This document shows positions 9,596-21,727 of a stretch of DNA of 64,000 nt, piece after piece. The translations under genes were made by a program, and so were the position numbers. The stretch is from the NCBI GenBank assembly GCA_041671225.1, contig JBAZBY010000001.1:30338-94337 (forward strand). Direction: 5' to 3'. The notes beneath the pieces were generated by a model. It saw only the letters and a program-made list of their open reading frames with translations. It was not told the origin of the DNA and searched no databases. This stretch comes from Patescibacteria group bacterium. GTDB lineage: Bacteria > Patescibacteriota > Patescibacteriia > JBAZBY01. Every line of letters begins with the position of its first letter. Positions within the stretch are counted from its first letter, which is position 1.

Positions 9596-9640
9596 AGACC
9601 CTATTTGTCCATGACAAATGCGATACCGGGGTCTTTTTTT
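9596..9640 (+). terminator. Intrinsic terminator
   Basis: gaccct-atttgtc-cat-gacaaat...ggggtc followed by T7. Confidence 0.55.
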
Positions 9641-9676
9641 ATACCAAAAACCACCGCGAGGGCGCGATAGGTATAC

Positions 9677-9724
9677 TAAAAAATGAGTGAGTGGTCCGCC
9701 GCGCGTTCGCAACGGACCACTCGC
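9677..9724 (-). terminator. Intrinsic terminator of the HIT gene
   Basis: gtgagtggtccg...cggaccactcgc stem with A-run on the plus strand. Confidence 0.6.
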
Positions 9725-9730
9725 ATACTC

Positions 9731-10189
9731 TCAGAGAAGTCCGGGGAACGCACTCCGCGCCTCCGCACACCAGCGCGTCACGAGTGACGCATCGGCGGCA
9801 GGATACTGATCCTTGCCACCGGCAAGCGCGAAGATGCGGCTTCCGCGCAGTTCCTTCGGGACGTCGGGCGTCACCGGAATGACGTGCCAGTGCACGTGGT
9901 GGAAGCCCTTGGCGGCGTTGAGAGACAGCACATACTGGCTCTCGCAGCTAAACACGTACTCCTTCACCAGCCGAACCGCGGCCGGGAGCAGCACACCGAA
10001 CTCCGCCCATTCCGGCGGCGTCAACTCGGCAATGGTCTCCTTGTGCTCCTTGAGCACGAGAACGACCCAACCGACGAGAGCCACTGGATAGGCGTGTTCC
10101 AACGCCCAGTGCTTGCCCGTGTAAATGGGCGGCCCGGGCGAGATACGATCCTCACCTGAAATCGACTTGCACGAACGACACGCGTCCAT
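9731..10189 (-). CDS. HIT (histidine triad) family protein
   Basis: N-terminal CRSC; FHHVHWHVIP histidine triad; SD GGAGGT. Confidence 0.88.
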   Translation of the reverse strand: MDACRSCKSISGEDRISPGPPIYTGKHWALEHAYPVALVGWVVLVLKEHKETIAELTPPEWAEFGVLLPAAVRLVKEYVFSCESQYVLSLNAAKGFHHVHWHVIPVTPDVPKELRGSRIFALAGGKDQYPAADASLVTRWCAEARSAFPGLL

Positions 10190-10201
10190 GCGGTACCTCC
10201 C

Positions 10202-10295
10202 TTGAAAGAGCCTACGGCTTTCCGGCCGCCCGGGTCGGTCCTTCCTGTATCAAAAACCAACAGCGCAATCTATCAGAAAAACGGTCGCCTGTCAA
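10202..10295 (-). promoter_or_regulatory. Sigma70-type promoter and leader with boxA-like motif
   Basis: TTGACA-17 nt-TAGATT; GGCTCTTTCAA just before the SD. Confidence 0.6.
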
Positions 10296-10332
10296 TGAGA
10301 CAGCTCAAAGAACCCCCATTTTCTAACAACAA

Positions 10333-10357
10333 GATTCCCGCCTTCGCGGGAATGACA
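10333..10357. repeat. REP-like palindrome (ATTCCCN8GGGAAT, CGTC/TGTC-tagged type)
   Basis: gattcccgccttcgcgggaatgaca, downstream of atpC. Confidence 0.7.
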
Positions 10358-10383
10358 GGTGAAGTGCGCGAAGCTTTACCGGC

Positions 10384-10797
10384 CTATCGCTTCTTCCGCT
10401 TCCTCGCCACCCTGAGCCGCGCCATATGCTTCTGAAGGTCAAGCTGTGCCGCAATATAGCGCTCTTCTGATTCCACTTCCTTGCTCATCACTTCTTCTGC
10501 GCGCTTCCGTGCTTCTTCTGCTTTTGCTTCGTCAATCTCATCCGCATGCTCTGCGGCATCTGCCAGCACCGTGACACCTTGTTCAGACACCTCAATGAAC
10601 CCGCCGGCAACGGCATAGAGTTCTTCTTTACCGTTGCGGATAACGCGCATCTCGCCAGGCCGCAAAAGCGAAACTAGCGGAATGTGGTGCGGCAATATGG
10701 TGATCTCGCCCATTTCCGTAGGCAAAGAAACCTGCTCAATCTCTTCCGAGAGGAGCGTTCTTTCTGGCGTGGTGATGGTGAATTTGAATGTTTTCAT
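10384..10797 (-). CDS. atpC: ATP synthase F1 epsilon subunit
   Basis: ITTPER, GEITILPHHIPL, GGFIEV, VLADAAE. Confidence 0.96.
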   Translation of the reverse strand: MKTFKFTITTPERTLLSEEIEQVSLPTEMGEITILPHHIPLVSLLRPGEMRVIRNGKEELYAVAGGFIEVSEQGVTVLADAAEHADEIDEAKAEEARKRAEEVMSKEVESEERYIAAQLDLQKHMARLRVARKRKKR

Positions 10798-11225
10798 TCG
10801 TGCTTTTGTGATGTGAGGAAAATATTGGAACAGGCTGATCCCTCTGCTGCAGACTTCTCAATCTCTGATGTATCATCTGTCCATTTCAGTTCCGTGTACT
10901 GTGTCATTCCGAGAACATCCTGCGGAACAGTGGGTTGGCCTTCGATAATCTTTACTTCGTAATCCCGTAACGTGAGCTCATATTCCCCGCGATCCTTTGT
11001 CTCCTCACCGAGGAGCTTTAGAATCTCAACCTCCACGCCGAGCTTCTCTTTTGCAGCGCGTGCAACAGTGGCTTCCCACGGCTCATCCTCCGTCTTCTTG
11101 GTTGCTGCCGGGAATCCCCAGTAACCAGGGAAACGATCGTCATCCATTGGTCGCTTCACCAACAGAAACTGTGTCCGTTCCAGATTGTAAATGACAAGTG
11201 CCGCTGAATGCTTCTGCGGTTTCAT
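10794..11225 (-). CDS. Nudix-fold protein with degenerate Nudix box, inside the atp operon
   Basis: FLLVKRP...FPGYWGFPA...EPWEATVARAAKEKLGV. Confidence 0.8.
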   Translation of the reverse strand: MKPQKHSAALVIYNLERTQFLLVKRPMDDDRFPGYWGFPAATKKTEDEPWEATVARAAKEKLGVEVEILKLLGEETKDRGEYELTLRDYEVKIIEGQPTVPQDVLGMTQYTELKWTDDTSEIEKSAAEGSACSNIFLTSQKHE

Positions 11226-11232
11226 TCGCCGT

Positions 11233-13525
<2,293 letters not shown>

Positions 13526-13533
13526 GGGGAATG

Positions 13534-15039
13534 TTACGCTCGGGTCTTCCCGAAGTCTTCAATAATCTTTTTGATCTTTGCTTCAAGCTCCTCAGTGAGT
13601 TCACCGGACGTATTCAATGCGGTCACCCAATCACGCTCGCTTGCGAGCATGTATTGCTCAAATGATTCCTTCCATGCGTTGATGTCATCCACCTTGATCT
13701 CATCAAGAAAGCCGTTGATTCCTGCGTAGATCACCGCGACCTGTACGGCAACGTCCATCGGGCGGTACTGCGGCTGCTTCAAGAGTTCTGACATGCGCTT
13801 CCCGCGTTCGATCTGCGTGCGGGTTGCTTCATCAAGATCGCTCCCGAACTGCGCGAATGCGGCCAAGTCGCGGTACTGGGAAAGGTCCAAGCGGAGTTTG
13901 CCCGCGACCTTCTTCATGGCCTTGATCTGCGCGCTGGAGCCCACGCGTGAAACAGAGAGTCCAACATTCAAGGCTGGACGCTGACCCTGGTTGAAGAGGT
14001 CTGCTTCCAAGAAGATCTGCCCGTCCGTAATGGAGATAACGTTTGTTGGAATGTACGCAGAGATGTCACCAGCCTGCGTCTCGATCACCGGCAATGCCGT
14101 GAGAGAACCGCCGCCGTTGGCGTCGCTCATCTTTGCTGCGCGTTCCAGCAGGCGTGAGTGAAGATAAAAAATGTCTCCAGGGTATGCTTCGCGGCCTGGC
14201 GGACGCTTGAGTAAGAGCGAAACCTGACGATATGCCCATGCGTGCTTTGAAAGGTCATCATAAATCAGCAAGGAATGCTTGCCCGCATCGCGGAAAAATT
14301 CACCCATCGCGCAACCTGCGTATGGAGCGATGAACGAAAGCGCTGCTGGGTCAGACGCGCCAGCAACCACCACAATGGTGTGCTCCATGGCGCCGTTCTT
14401 CTCCAGTTCAGCAACGATCTTTGCAACCTTACTTTCTTTTTGCCCAATGGCAACATAAATACAGATAAGGTCTTTGCCTTTCTGGTTGATAATCGTATCG
14501 ATGGCGATAGCGGTCTTCCCTGTCTGGCGGTCGCCGATGATGAGTTCGCGCTGACCGCGGCCGATCGGGATCATCGCATCAATAGCGACGATGCCGGTCT
14601 GTACCGGCTCTTTCACGCCTTGACGCTCGATAACGCCAGGGGCGATTTTTTCGACAGGAGAAAACGTCTTCGTATGTAAAGGACCCTTGCCATCAATCGG
14701 TTCTCCAAGCGGGCTGACCACGCGGCCCACGAGCTCTTCTCCAACCGGCACCTGGAGAATATTACCTGTGGCTTCCACTTCGTCGCCTTCTTGAATACCT
14801 TTGTCTGCGCCAAGAATCATGGCACCAATGGAGTCATCCTCCAGGTTCAATACCACGCCGAACACGCCGTTCGGAAACTTCACCATTTCTTGTGAGCGCA
14901 CCTGAGAAAGCCCAGAGATACGCGCGACACCGTCCCCGATCTCCATCACGCGACCAACATGCTTCTCCGTTGTATCTTTTGTGAAGCCTTCAAGTCGTTT
15001 TTTGAGATCTTGGACGAATGTTTCTGATTGTTCTGCCAT
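13534..15039 (-). CDS. atpA: ATP synthase F1 alpha subunit
   Basis: [18 protein letters not shown]. Confidence 0.99.
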   Translation of the reverse strand: MAEQSETFVQDLKKRLEGFTKDTTEKHVGRVMEIGDGVARISGLSQVRSQEMVKFPNGVFGVVLNLEDDSIGAMILGADKGIQEGDEVEATGNILQVPVGEELVGRVVSPLGEPIDGKGPLHTKTFSPVEKIAPGVIERQGVKEPVQTGIVAIDAMIPIGRGQRELIIGDRQTGKTAIAIDTIINQKGKDLICIYVAIGQKESKVAKIVAELEKNGAMEHTIVVVAGASDPAALSFIAPYAGCAMGEFFRDAGKHSLLIYDDLSKHAWAYRQVSLLLKRPPGREAYPGDIFYLHSRLLERAAKMSDANGGGSLTALPVIETQAGDISAYIPTNVISITDGQIFLEADLFNQGQRPALNVGLSVSRVGSSAQIKAMKKVAGKLRLDLSQYRDLAAFAQFGSDLDEATRTQIERGKRMSELLKQPQYRPMDVAVQVAVIYAGINGFLDEIKVDDINAWKESFEQYMLASERDWVTALNTSGELTEELEAKIKKIIEDFGKTRA

Positions 15040-15049
15040 AGTTGCCGGT

Positions 15050-15445
15050 TTACTTCGTAAGTGTTTCCTGAATCTGCTTCAGGGTTTCGCGCGCAGTTGC
15101 GTTCACGCTTGTATCTGCGTAGCGGAGTTTTGCGCCTCCGAGGACTGCTGCATCAACATCCACGGTCAGCGCAATTTTTTTGCCAAGGGTATCTGCAAGC
15201 TCTTTTTTGATATGGGTCTCTGCGCTTTCAGAAAGATGTTTACCTGTGCTCATGCGCACGCGGATCACGCCATGCGCTTCATCATCCAACTTTTGCATCT
15301 TTTCAAGAATGCGCGGGAGCTCACGCATCTTGCGCGCTTTACGGAGCTCCGCTACAAAATGCGTGAGTACGGCGCCTTCTTCCGCTTTTTTTTCTTTAAG
15401 GGCGGCGTAGAGTGCTGTCGCGTACTGTGCATTCGTATACTTCAT
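15050..15445 (-). CDS. atpH: ATP synthase delta subunit (short)
   Basis: YATALY N-terminus, VDAAVLGG C-terminal motif, operon position. Confidence 0.88.
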   Translation of the reverse strand: MKYTNAQYATALYAALKEKKAEEGAVLTHFVAELRKARKMRELPRILEKMQKLDDEAHGVIRVRMSTGKHLSESAETHIKKELADTLGKKIALTVDVDAAVLGGAKLRYADTSVNATARETLKQIQETLTK

Positions 15446-15447
15446 AC

Positions 15448-15947
15448 CTATTTCTTTGCCAATGCTTCGAGCGTGTGCTCAATGAGCTTGGCGTTCTCTT
15501 TCTCGTCTACTTCATGTTCCAGCACCTTGCTCGCACACGCGATGACAAGAGCGGATATCTCTTCACGTGCCTGCGCAAGCATTTGGTCGCGCGCTGCGTT
15601 GATCTGCTCATGCGCGTCTGAAACGATCTTTTCGACGTCCTTGCGCGCCTGCGCGGTCATTTCTTCCTGCAGCTTCTTGCCCTGTTCAGTTGCCTTCACA
15701 ATAAGCGCCTGGGCTTCTGTTCGCGTTTCTGCGAGAAGCTGCTCCCGCTGCTGCTGGCTCTGCGCGAGATTCTTTTCTACCTGCTCCGCATTTTTTTCTG
15801 CCTGAACAATGCGGTCCTTGCGCTTATGCAACGCTTCGAGAATCGGACCGTACGCGAACTTCTTCAAAATCAAAAGGAGAATGAAGAAGTTCACTATTTG
15901 CGCCAGCAAGAGGCGCCAGTCCAGCCCAAGTTGTTCAATGAGTTCCA

Positions 15948-15948
<1 letters not shown>
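15448..15948 (-). CDS. atpF: ATP synthase Fo b subunit
   Basis: AQIVNFFILLLILKKFAYGPI plus coiled coil. Confidence 0.96.
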
Positions 15949-16199
<251 letters not shown>

Positions 16200-16216
16200 T
16201 TAACTGATAAGTGAAA

Positions 16217-16960
16217 TTAATGAGCCTCTGCCAGCGTTGCAACCTTGAAAAACACGAGGGTCAGAAGGGCAAAGACAAATGCCTGAATGAATCCAACGAA
16301 CAATTCCAAAAAGAAGAAAGGAAGCGGTGCGATGTATGGCACCAAAAACGCGACCACCACGAGCAGGACTTCTCCGGCAAAAACGTTGCCAAACAACCGG
16401 AACGAGAATGAGATGAACTTTGCGAATTCAGAAATGAGTTCCAGGATGCCGACAAAGGTGTTGACCGGATTCTTGCTTGGGTTAAAGAACTTCTTCGCAT
16501 ACTTCCAACCACCAACGGCCATAATGCCCACAACCTGCGTTGCAAGGACTGCAACAATGGCGAGTGCGAGCGTGGTATTCAAATCCGCGTTGATGGGACG
16601 GAAGATAGGAACAAAAACATGTTCACCATGCTCCACCACCTCCAGACCAATAGTACCAATACCCGGCAGTAAACCAAAATAGTTGCCGAAGAGTATGAAG
16701 AAGAAGAGTGTTGCGACGATCGGGAAGAACTGCTCGCTCTGCTTGCGGCTGCCGGTGACTGAATCAGCGATCGAAAGCATGCCCTCAAAAAAGGCTTCGG
16801 TGACATTTTGAATACCTGTTGGGATCGTGGCCATGCCGCGCTTGATAAGGAAGGCGACCACAATCAAGATGACCACAACGATCCAACTCGTAAAAAGAGC
16901 ATTCGTGACGTGTACTCCGAAGATCGTGAAGAGTTCTTCTGCTGCGAGTGATATATGCAA
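16217..16960 (-). CDS. atpB: ATP synthase Fo a subunit (TTG start)
   Basis: ADLNTTLALA, SFSFRLFGN, IQAFVFALLT. Confidence 0.97.
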   Translation of the reverse strand: MHISLAAEELFTIFGVHVTNALFTSWIVVVILIVVAFLIKRGMATIPTGIQNVTEAFFEGMLSIADSVTGSRKQSEQFFPIVATLFFFILFGNYFGLLPGIGTIGLEVVEHGEHVFVPIFRPINADLNTTLALAIVAVLATQVVGIMAVGGWKYAKKFFNPSKNPVNTFVGILELISEFAKFISFSFRLFGNVFAGEVLLVVVAFLVPYIAPLPFFFLELFVGFIQAFVFALLTLVFFKVATLAEAH

Positions 16961-16992
16961 GGTCTGTGTGTTAGAGAGTTAGAGATGTTTGA

Positions 16993-17262
16993 TTATTTTT
17001 TTTCTCCATCGCCCCTTTTATCTTTCTCTGAATCCTGATTCGATGTCACATCCTTCATCAACTTGAATGCCTTCCAAACAACAAGGATGGAGCTTACCAC
17101 CATGGAAACAACAATGCCGGTAATGAGGAGCCATGGATGCGTATCAAAACGATTGTCCAAAACTCTGCCGAGCAAGGCCAACGCCACTAATGGTACAGAA
17201 ATCGTGAACCCGAGTTGCATGGCCATCTGGAATGCCGAAAGCTGTTGTTCTCTTTCATTCAT
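16993..17262 (-). CDS. AtpZ/AtpI-family membrane protein
   Basis: Two TMs with GRVLDNRFDTHPW; first gene of the atp operon. Confidence 0.85.
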   Translation of the reverse strand: MNEREQQLSAFQMAMQLGFTISVPLVALALLGRVLDNRFDTHPWLLITGIVVSMVVSSILVVWKAFKLMKDVTSNQDSEKDKRGDGEKK

Positions 17263-17469
17263 ATGCGTCTGCCGTATCCCATGTATTCTATCAGAAAATA
17301 GCGTGTTCCATTTTTGGAGCGGCTACATACTAGGCTCTTTTAAGAAAAAAAGCAAGGGTGGTGGTTTTCAAAAGGGGTATCATGGATAATCAGACGAAAA
17401 ATGGGCTTTTTAGGCAATATTTTGTAGCAAACATATAAACCTATGCATTTCCCAGTGGAAAACCAAGGT

Positions 17470-17498
17470 TTGCATATTTTTATTGCGAGAGGTAGGCT
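17470..17498 (+). promoter_or_regulatory. Sigma70-type promoter facing the structured non-coding region
   Basis: TTGCAT(17470-75)-17 nt-TAGGCT(17493-98), AT-rich upstream. Confidence 0.55.
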
Positions 17499-17504
17499 CC
17501 AAGC

Positions 17505-18345
17505 TAGTTCACGGCTCACTTCCCGCTTGTGGGGAAGGAAGGCCCCTGCGCACCTGGAAATGCGCTTGTATCGGCCAAAGGCTGGCGTTCTCTATGGAGG
17601 AATCCTCTATGAACGCTCTCAGCATCACCATGAAGAAGACGGAGGCCAACAAGGCGTGACCCGACAAGCAGGACTACCCGCATGGACGGGACTGTTAACC
17701 CCGTAATCCACGCACACCGCCCACTTCTCCTGCGAAGGTCGCAGGGAACGAAGGCACCGTGCGTCATATACGTACGGAAATCAACTGCGTCTGCGTGTGA
17801 CTGCAACCGCCGGCCACCCCGCGTGGAAGACGGGTCGTAGGACATACATACCATGGCGAGGCAGAACGTTCGTTAGACACCGCGGACAACCCTAGCCGGT
17901 CCGGGGGTTCCGTTGCGGGAATCCCTGTAAAGGCTCTTACGAGAGCTGACCGCGGCCACATGGCCAATGCCACATCCGTGGCAGGAGGGCGCATGGTCTT
18001 CTTCCTCGATCTGCTAGTGCCGGACCTCTCCGGCACATCGACGATCGCGGTGGAACCATCGTTTCACCGGAAATTCCCCTCTTACCGTCGGCGGACGTAA
18101 AGACGCAAACGTCGGCGGACGTACAAACACGCATGCTCCTAGTCCCATTTGGTGGGCACTCCACTGATGCATCACACGCTACCGGTATTCCCGGTCTATC
18201 CTCCGCGTGCTGACACGCATCCTGGAAACCCACAACAACGGGGCGCGCCGGTAAACGGCAGGCAAGGCTCCGCAGGAGAACCCACGATCTCATTCGATTG
18301 ACAGTAAGCGGCCTACGAGATCACTCCTGCGGAGCCGCTTTACTA
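17505..18345 (+). ncRNA. Candidate large structured non-coding RNA (~840 nt), family unassigned
   Basis: No credible ORF; nested long-range helices and more than 10 local hairpins; promoter upstream; 13-bp perfect terminal stem. Confidence 0.55.
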
Positions 18346-18373
18346 TTGGGCTTTTCTCTCTACAACCTTCTTC

Positions 18374-20203
18374 TCACTCCCACTCTATCGTGCCCGGCGG
18401 CTTGTCCGTAATATCGTAGAAAATCCCGGCAATGGGCAGTGACGCTGCCTCAATTGTCTGTACGAGCTCTTCTGCCATTTTCTGCGTGAGCTTGAATGGC
18501 GTGACCGTCATTGCCTCGCGTGACACCACAGGGCGAATCACCACACTCGGACGTAAGCCAAACCCAAAAGGAATAAGTACGACCGGCGTCTGCCAAATCT
18601 CTGCGGCAACGCCATTGGTGATAAAAAAATCTTGCACAATCGCATCCACGTTGCGCAACAAATCCAAACGCTCTTCACTCACATCCAATGATACCGGCTC
18701 GCCTTTTTCCAACACACCGCTCTGTGGATTCAATAAAACAACTACGCGATTGATTGCTTTGAAAGAGGTAAGGAGTTTGCGCGAGACAGCGCGTAATGGT
18801 TCCCAATCGATCATTGTGGAAATCGCAAGCGGATGCGCATACGTGCGCTGATCCCCTTGCACGCCCACGCTTTGCACGGGAAGGATCGCAAACTGTGCAT
18901 TCTCTGTAAAAAACGCGTCAATATCTTTTGCGGTAATACGCATGCGCTCCTCAAGATCGCGGAGTGGCTTTGCTTGTTGCGTGATAATGCGGATGGCAAG
19001 TCCCGGTCCTGGGAATGGTTGGCGGTGAATGAGCTCATCTGGAAGCCCAAGCCGTTCGCCGAGTTCACGCACTTCGTCTTTATACAAATCAACAACTGGC
19101 TCAATAAGCTCTTTGTTTGCGATCATCTCTTGCGCTTCTCCCACGCGATTGTGATGGGTCTTGATCACCTCAGCCTGCTGCGTGCCACCGGATTCTATGG
19201 TGTCCGGATAAATGGTGCCCTGTGCCAAAACCCACTCCGGCGCAACATAACCGCGTTCTGTACGGATACGCTCTGCAACATCCAAAAACATCTTGCCAAT
19301 GCGTTTTCTTTTCTCTTCCGGGTCATGAATACCGCGCACCGCGTCGACAAAATCTTTCTGCGCATCAATGATCTCAATATTGTCATAACCCATTTCCTTA
19401 AACTGCCCGGCGATCTCTTCCACTTCATTCAGCCGCATGAAGCCAGTATCAATAAACAGACCGCGGACGCGCTCTTTGCCGAGCACGCGGGTGAGAAAGG
19501 CAAATGCCACCGTGGAATCCACTCCACCAGAAACAAGAAGAAACACCTTGCGCTCACCCACTTCCGCCTTCACCTTTTCTGTCAGAATATGTTCGCGCTC
19601 TGCTGCGTTCCAGCTGGGTTGGGCTCCGCAAATACCAAACACAAAATTCTGCAGCATGTGCATACCGTGTTCCGTATGCGTCACTTCCGGGTGGAACTGC
19701 AGACCATAGATCTGCTCCGCAAAATTCTCCATGACGGCAACAGGGCATGTTGGGGTATGTGCAAGCACGCGGAATCCGTCTGGCACGCGTTCAACAGAAT
19801 CACCGTGACTCATCCAAACAATCTCCTCCGCATCTAAGCCCTCAAGCAACGGTGATGTTTTTCTGCTGTCTAGTGAAAGCGCAAGTGCGGCCTCGCCATA
19901 TTCCCGTTCCTTACTTTGATGAAGCTTGCCGCCAAAATGCTGCGCAAGGAGCTGATGACCAAAACACAGTCCAAGTATCGGGATAGCGAGCGTATATATC
20001 TTTTCATCAGGGCGAAGGTTGCTCTCCGCGACGCTTTGCGGACCACCAGAAAGAATGATCCCTTTTGCGGTTTTGAGATCCGTTGCGGAAACGTCATGCG
20101 GAAGGATTTCTGAATACACCCCAAGCTCTCGCACGCGGCGTGCAATGAGATGTGTATATTGTGAGCCAAAATCCAGAATGGCAATCCAATCGCGTTGTTG
20201 CAT
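18374..20203 (-). CDS. guaA: GMP synthase (glutamine-hydrolysing), long form
   Basis: ILDFGSQY, GLCFGHQ, QFHPEV, SGGVDS, IKTHHN, HRQPFPGPGL, KPPGTIEWE; start placed at MQQRDW, 6 nt after TATACT. Confidence 0.96.
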   Translation of the reverse strand: MQQRDWIAILDFGSQYTHLIARRVRELGVYSEILPHDVSATDLKTAKGIILSGGPQSVAESNLRPDEKIYTLAIPILGLCFGHQLLAQHFGGKLHQSKEREYGEAALALSLDSRKTSPLLEGLDAEEIVWMSHGDSVERVPDGFRVLAHTPTCPVAVMENFAEQIYGLQFHPEVTHTEHGMHMLQNFVFGICGAQPSWNAAEREHILTEKVKAEVGERKVFLLVSGGVDSTVAFAFLTRVLGKERVRGLFIDTGFMRLNEVEEIAGQFKEMGYDNIEIIDAQKDFVDAVRGIHDPEEKRKRIGKMFLDVAERIRTERGYVAPEWVLAQGTIYPDTIESGGTQQAEVIKTHHNRVGEAQEMIANKELIEPVVDLYKDEVRELGERLGLPDELIHRQPFPGPGLAIRIITQQAKPLRDLEERMRITAKDIDAFFTENAQFAILPVQSVGVQGDQRTYAHPLAISTMIDWEPLRAVSRKLLTSFKAINRVVVLLNPQSGVLEKGEPVSLDVSEERLDLLRNVDAIVQDFFITNGVAAEIWQTPVVLIPFGFGLRPSVVIRPVVSREAMTVTPFKLTQKMAEELVQTIEAASLPIAGIFYDITDKPPGTIEWE

Positions 20204-20261
20204 GAATGTAGTATAGCAGGCTCTTGCACCTGCGTTCCAGTTTGCTATGCTACCTTTTACT

Positions 20262-21725
20262 ATGAAGCAACCAATGAACGAGGCTCTCACCTATGATGAC
20301 GTCCTCGTGGTGCCTGCATACTCGGAAGTCCGCCCGAAGCAGGTGGACACGAGCACGCGCCTCACTCGCAATATTATTCTGCAGGTTCCTCTTCTTTCCG
20401 CACCCATGGACACGGTGACGGAACATCGCCTTGCCATTGCCATCGCATTACACGGCGGTTTTGGATTTATCCATAAGAACATGTCTCCGGAAGCACAGGC
20501 AGAAGAAGTGCGCTTGGTGAAGCGGTATGAAAACGGCTTCATTGAAGACCCCGTGACAGTGCAACCAGAAGACAAGATTAGTGACGTAAATGAGATTCGC
20601 GAAACAAAGGGTTATAAGAAAGTACCGGTGGTGGATGCAAACGGCGTGCTTGTTGGACTTGTTACCGAGCAGGATTACTTTTTGCCGGATGATCTGGATG
20701 TACCCGTGAAGTTCAAAATGAAGCCGGTGGACGAGATCACCATTGAACACCACGGCATTGACCTCAAACAGGCAAACAGGATCATCCGTGAAAAAAAGCT
20801 TTCGGTACTCCCGATTGTTGATGGGCAAGGTCGGCTCATGGCGTTGGTGACGCGCAAAGACTTAGAGAAGAATGAGCTCTTCCCGCTTGCGACAAAAGAC
20901 GAACATAAATCACTGCGCGTCGGCGGGGCGATCTCCGTTGGTGAAGCAGCAGTTGAACGGGCAATGCTCCTTGCGGAAGCAGGGGTGGACGCATTGGTTG
21001 TGGATGTTGCACATGGCCATTCAAAAGGCGTGCTCCAGACGATTCACGTGCTTAAAAAAGAACTCCCGAACGTGGATGTGATCGGCGGCAACATTGCAAC
21101 CGTCGAAGGTGCCAAAGCTCTTATTCAGGCAGGAGCGGACGCGGTGAAGGTAGGCGTAGGTCCAGGTTCCATCTGCACGACGCGCATTGTGGCAGGCATC
21201 GGCATGCCACAGCTCACCGCAGTTATGGAAGCGGTGAAAGGCCGCAGCAAGAAGGACGTGCCGATCATCGCAGACGGCGGCATTCGCTATTCCGGAGATA
21301 TTGTGAAGGCATTGGTTGCCGGTGCAGAAACCGTTATGCTTGGCGGCTTATTTGCAGGAACCGATGAGGCTCCCGGCGATGTGGCACATGAGGACGGCAA
21401 AATGTTCAAAAGCTACCGCGGCATGGGTTCTGCAGAAGCCATGAAGGCTGGCAGCAAAGATCGCTACGGTCAAGGTGACGTGGAAGACGAAAACGATTTT
21501 ATCCCAGAAGGCGTCCCTGCTCGCGTACCATACCGCGGCCCCGTAGAGCGGCAAATGCATCAGTTGGTTGGCGGTCTCCGCGCTGGCATGGCATACATTG
21601 GCGCCGAGACAATTCCTGAGCTTGCTGTGAAGGGTGAATTCGTCCGCATCACGAGTGCGGGTATTACGGAAAGCCACCCACACTCACTCGGGGGGTTCAC
21701 CGCAACGTCAAACTACAAGGGCTAA
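20262..21725 (+). CDS. guaB: IMP dehydrogenase with CBS pair
   Basis: [31 protein letters not shown]. Confidence 0.97.
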   Translation: MKQPMNEALTYDDVLVVPAYSEVRPKQVDTSTRLTRNIILQVPLLSAPMDTVTEHRLAIAIALHGGFGFIHKNMSPEAQAEEVRLVKRYENGFIEDPVTVQPEDKISDVNEIRETKGYKKVPVVDANGVLVGLVTEQDYFLPDDLDVPVKFKMKPVDEITIEHHGIDLKQANRIIREKKLSVLPIVDGQGRLMALVTRKDLEKNELFPLATKDEHKSLRVGGAISVGEAAVERAMLLAEAGVDALVVDVAHGHSKGVLQTIHVLKKELPNVDVIGGNIATVEGAKALIQAGADAVKVGVGPGSICTTRIVAGIGMPQLTAVMEAVKGRSKKDVPIIADGGIRYSGDIVKALVAGAETVMLGGLFAGTDEAPGDVAHEDGKMFKSYRGMGSAEAMKAGSKDRYGQGDVEDENDFIPEGVPARVPYRGPVERQMHQLVGGLRAGMAYIGAETIPELAVKGEFVRITSAGITESHPHSLGGFTATSNYKG

Positions 21726-21727
21726 CG

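Noticed and set aside
17443-18293. Short ORFs (87-118 aa) in the atp-guaA gap
   Set aside because: They overlap one another on both strands, have no recognisable motifs or convincing start signals, and are better explained as by-products of a GC-rich structured region.
17505-18345. RNase P RNA or group II intron
   Set aside because: No GAGGAAAGUCC/P4 partner on either strand. The 17757-77 hairpin only superficially resembles domain V, and there is no interrupted host gene or RT.
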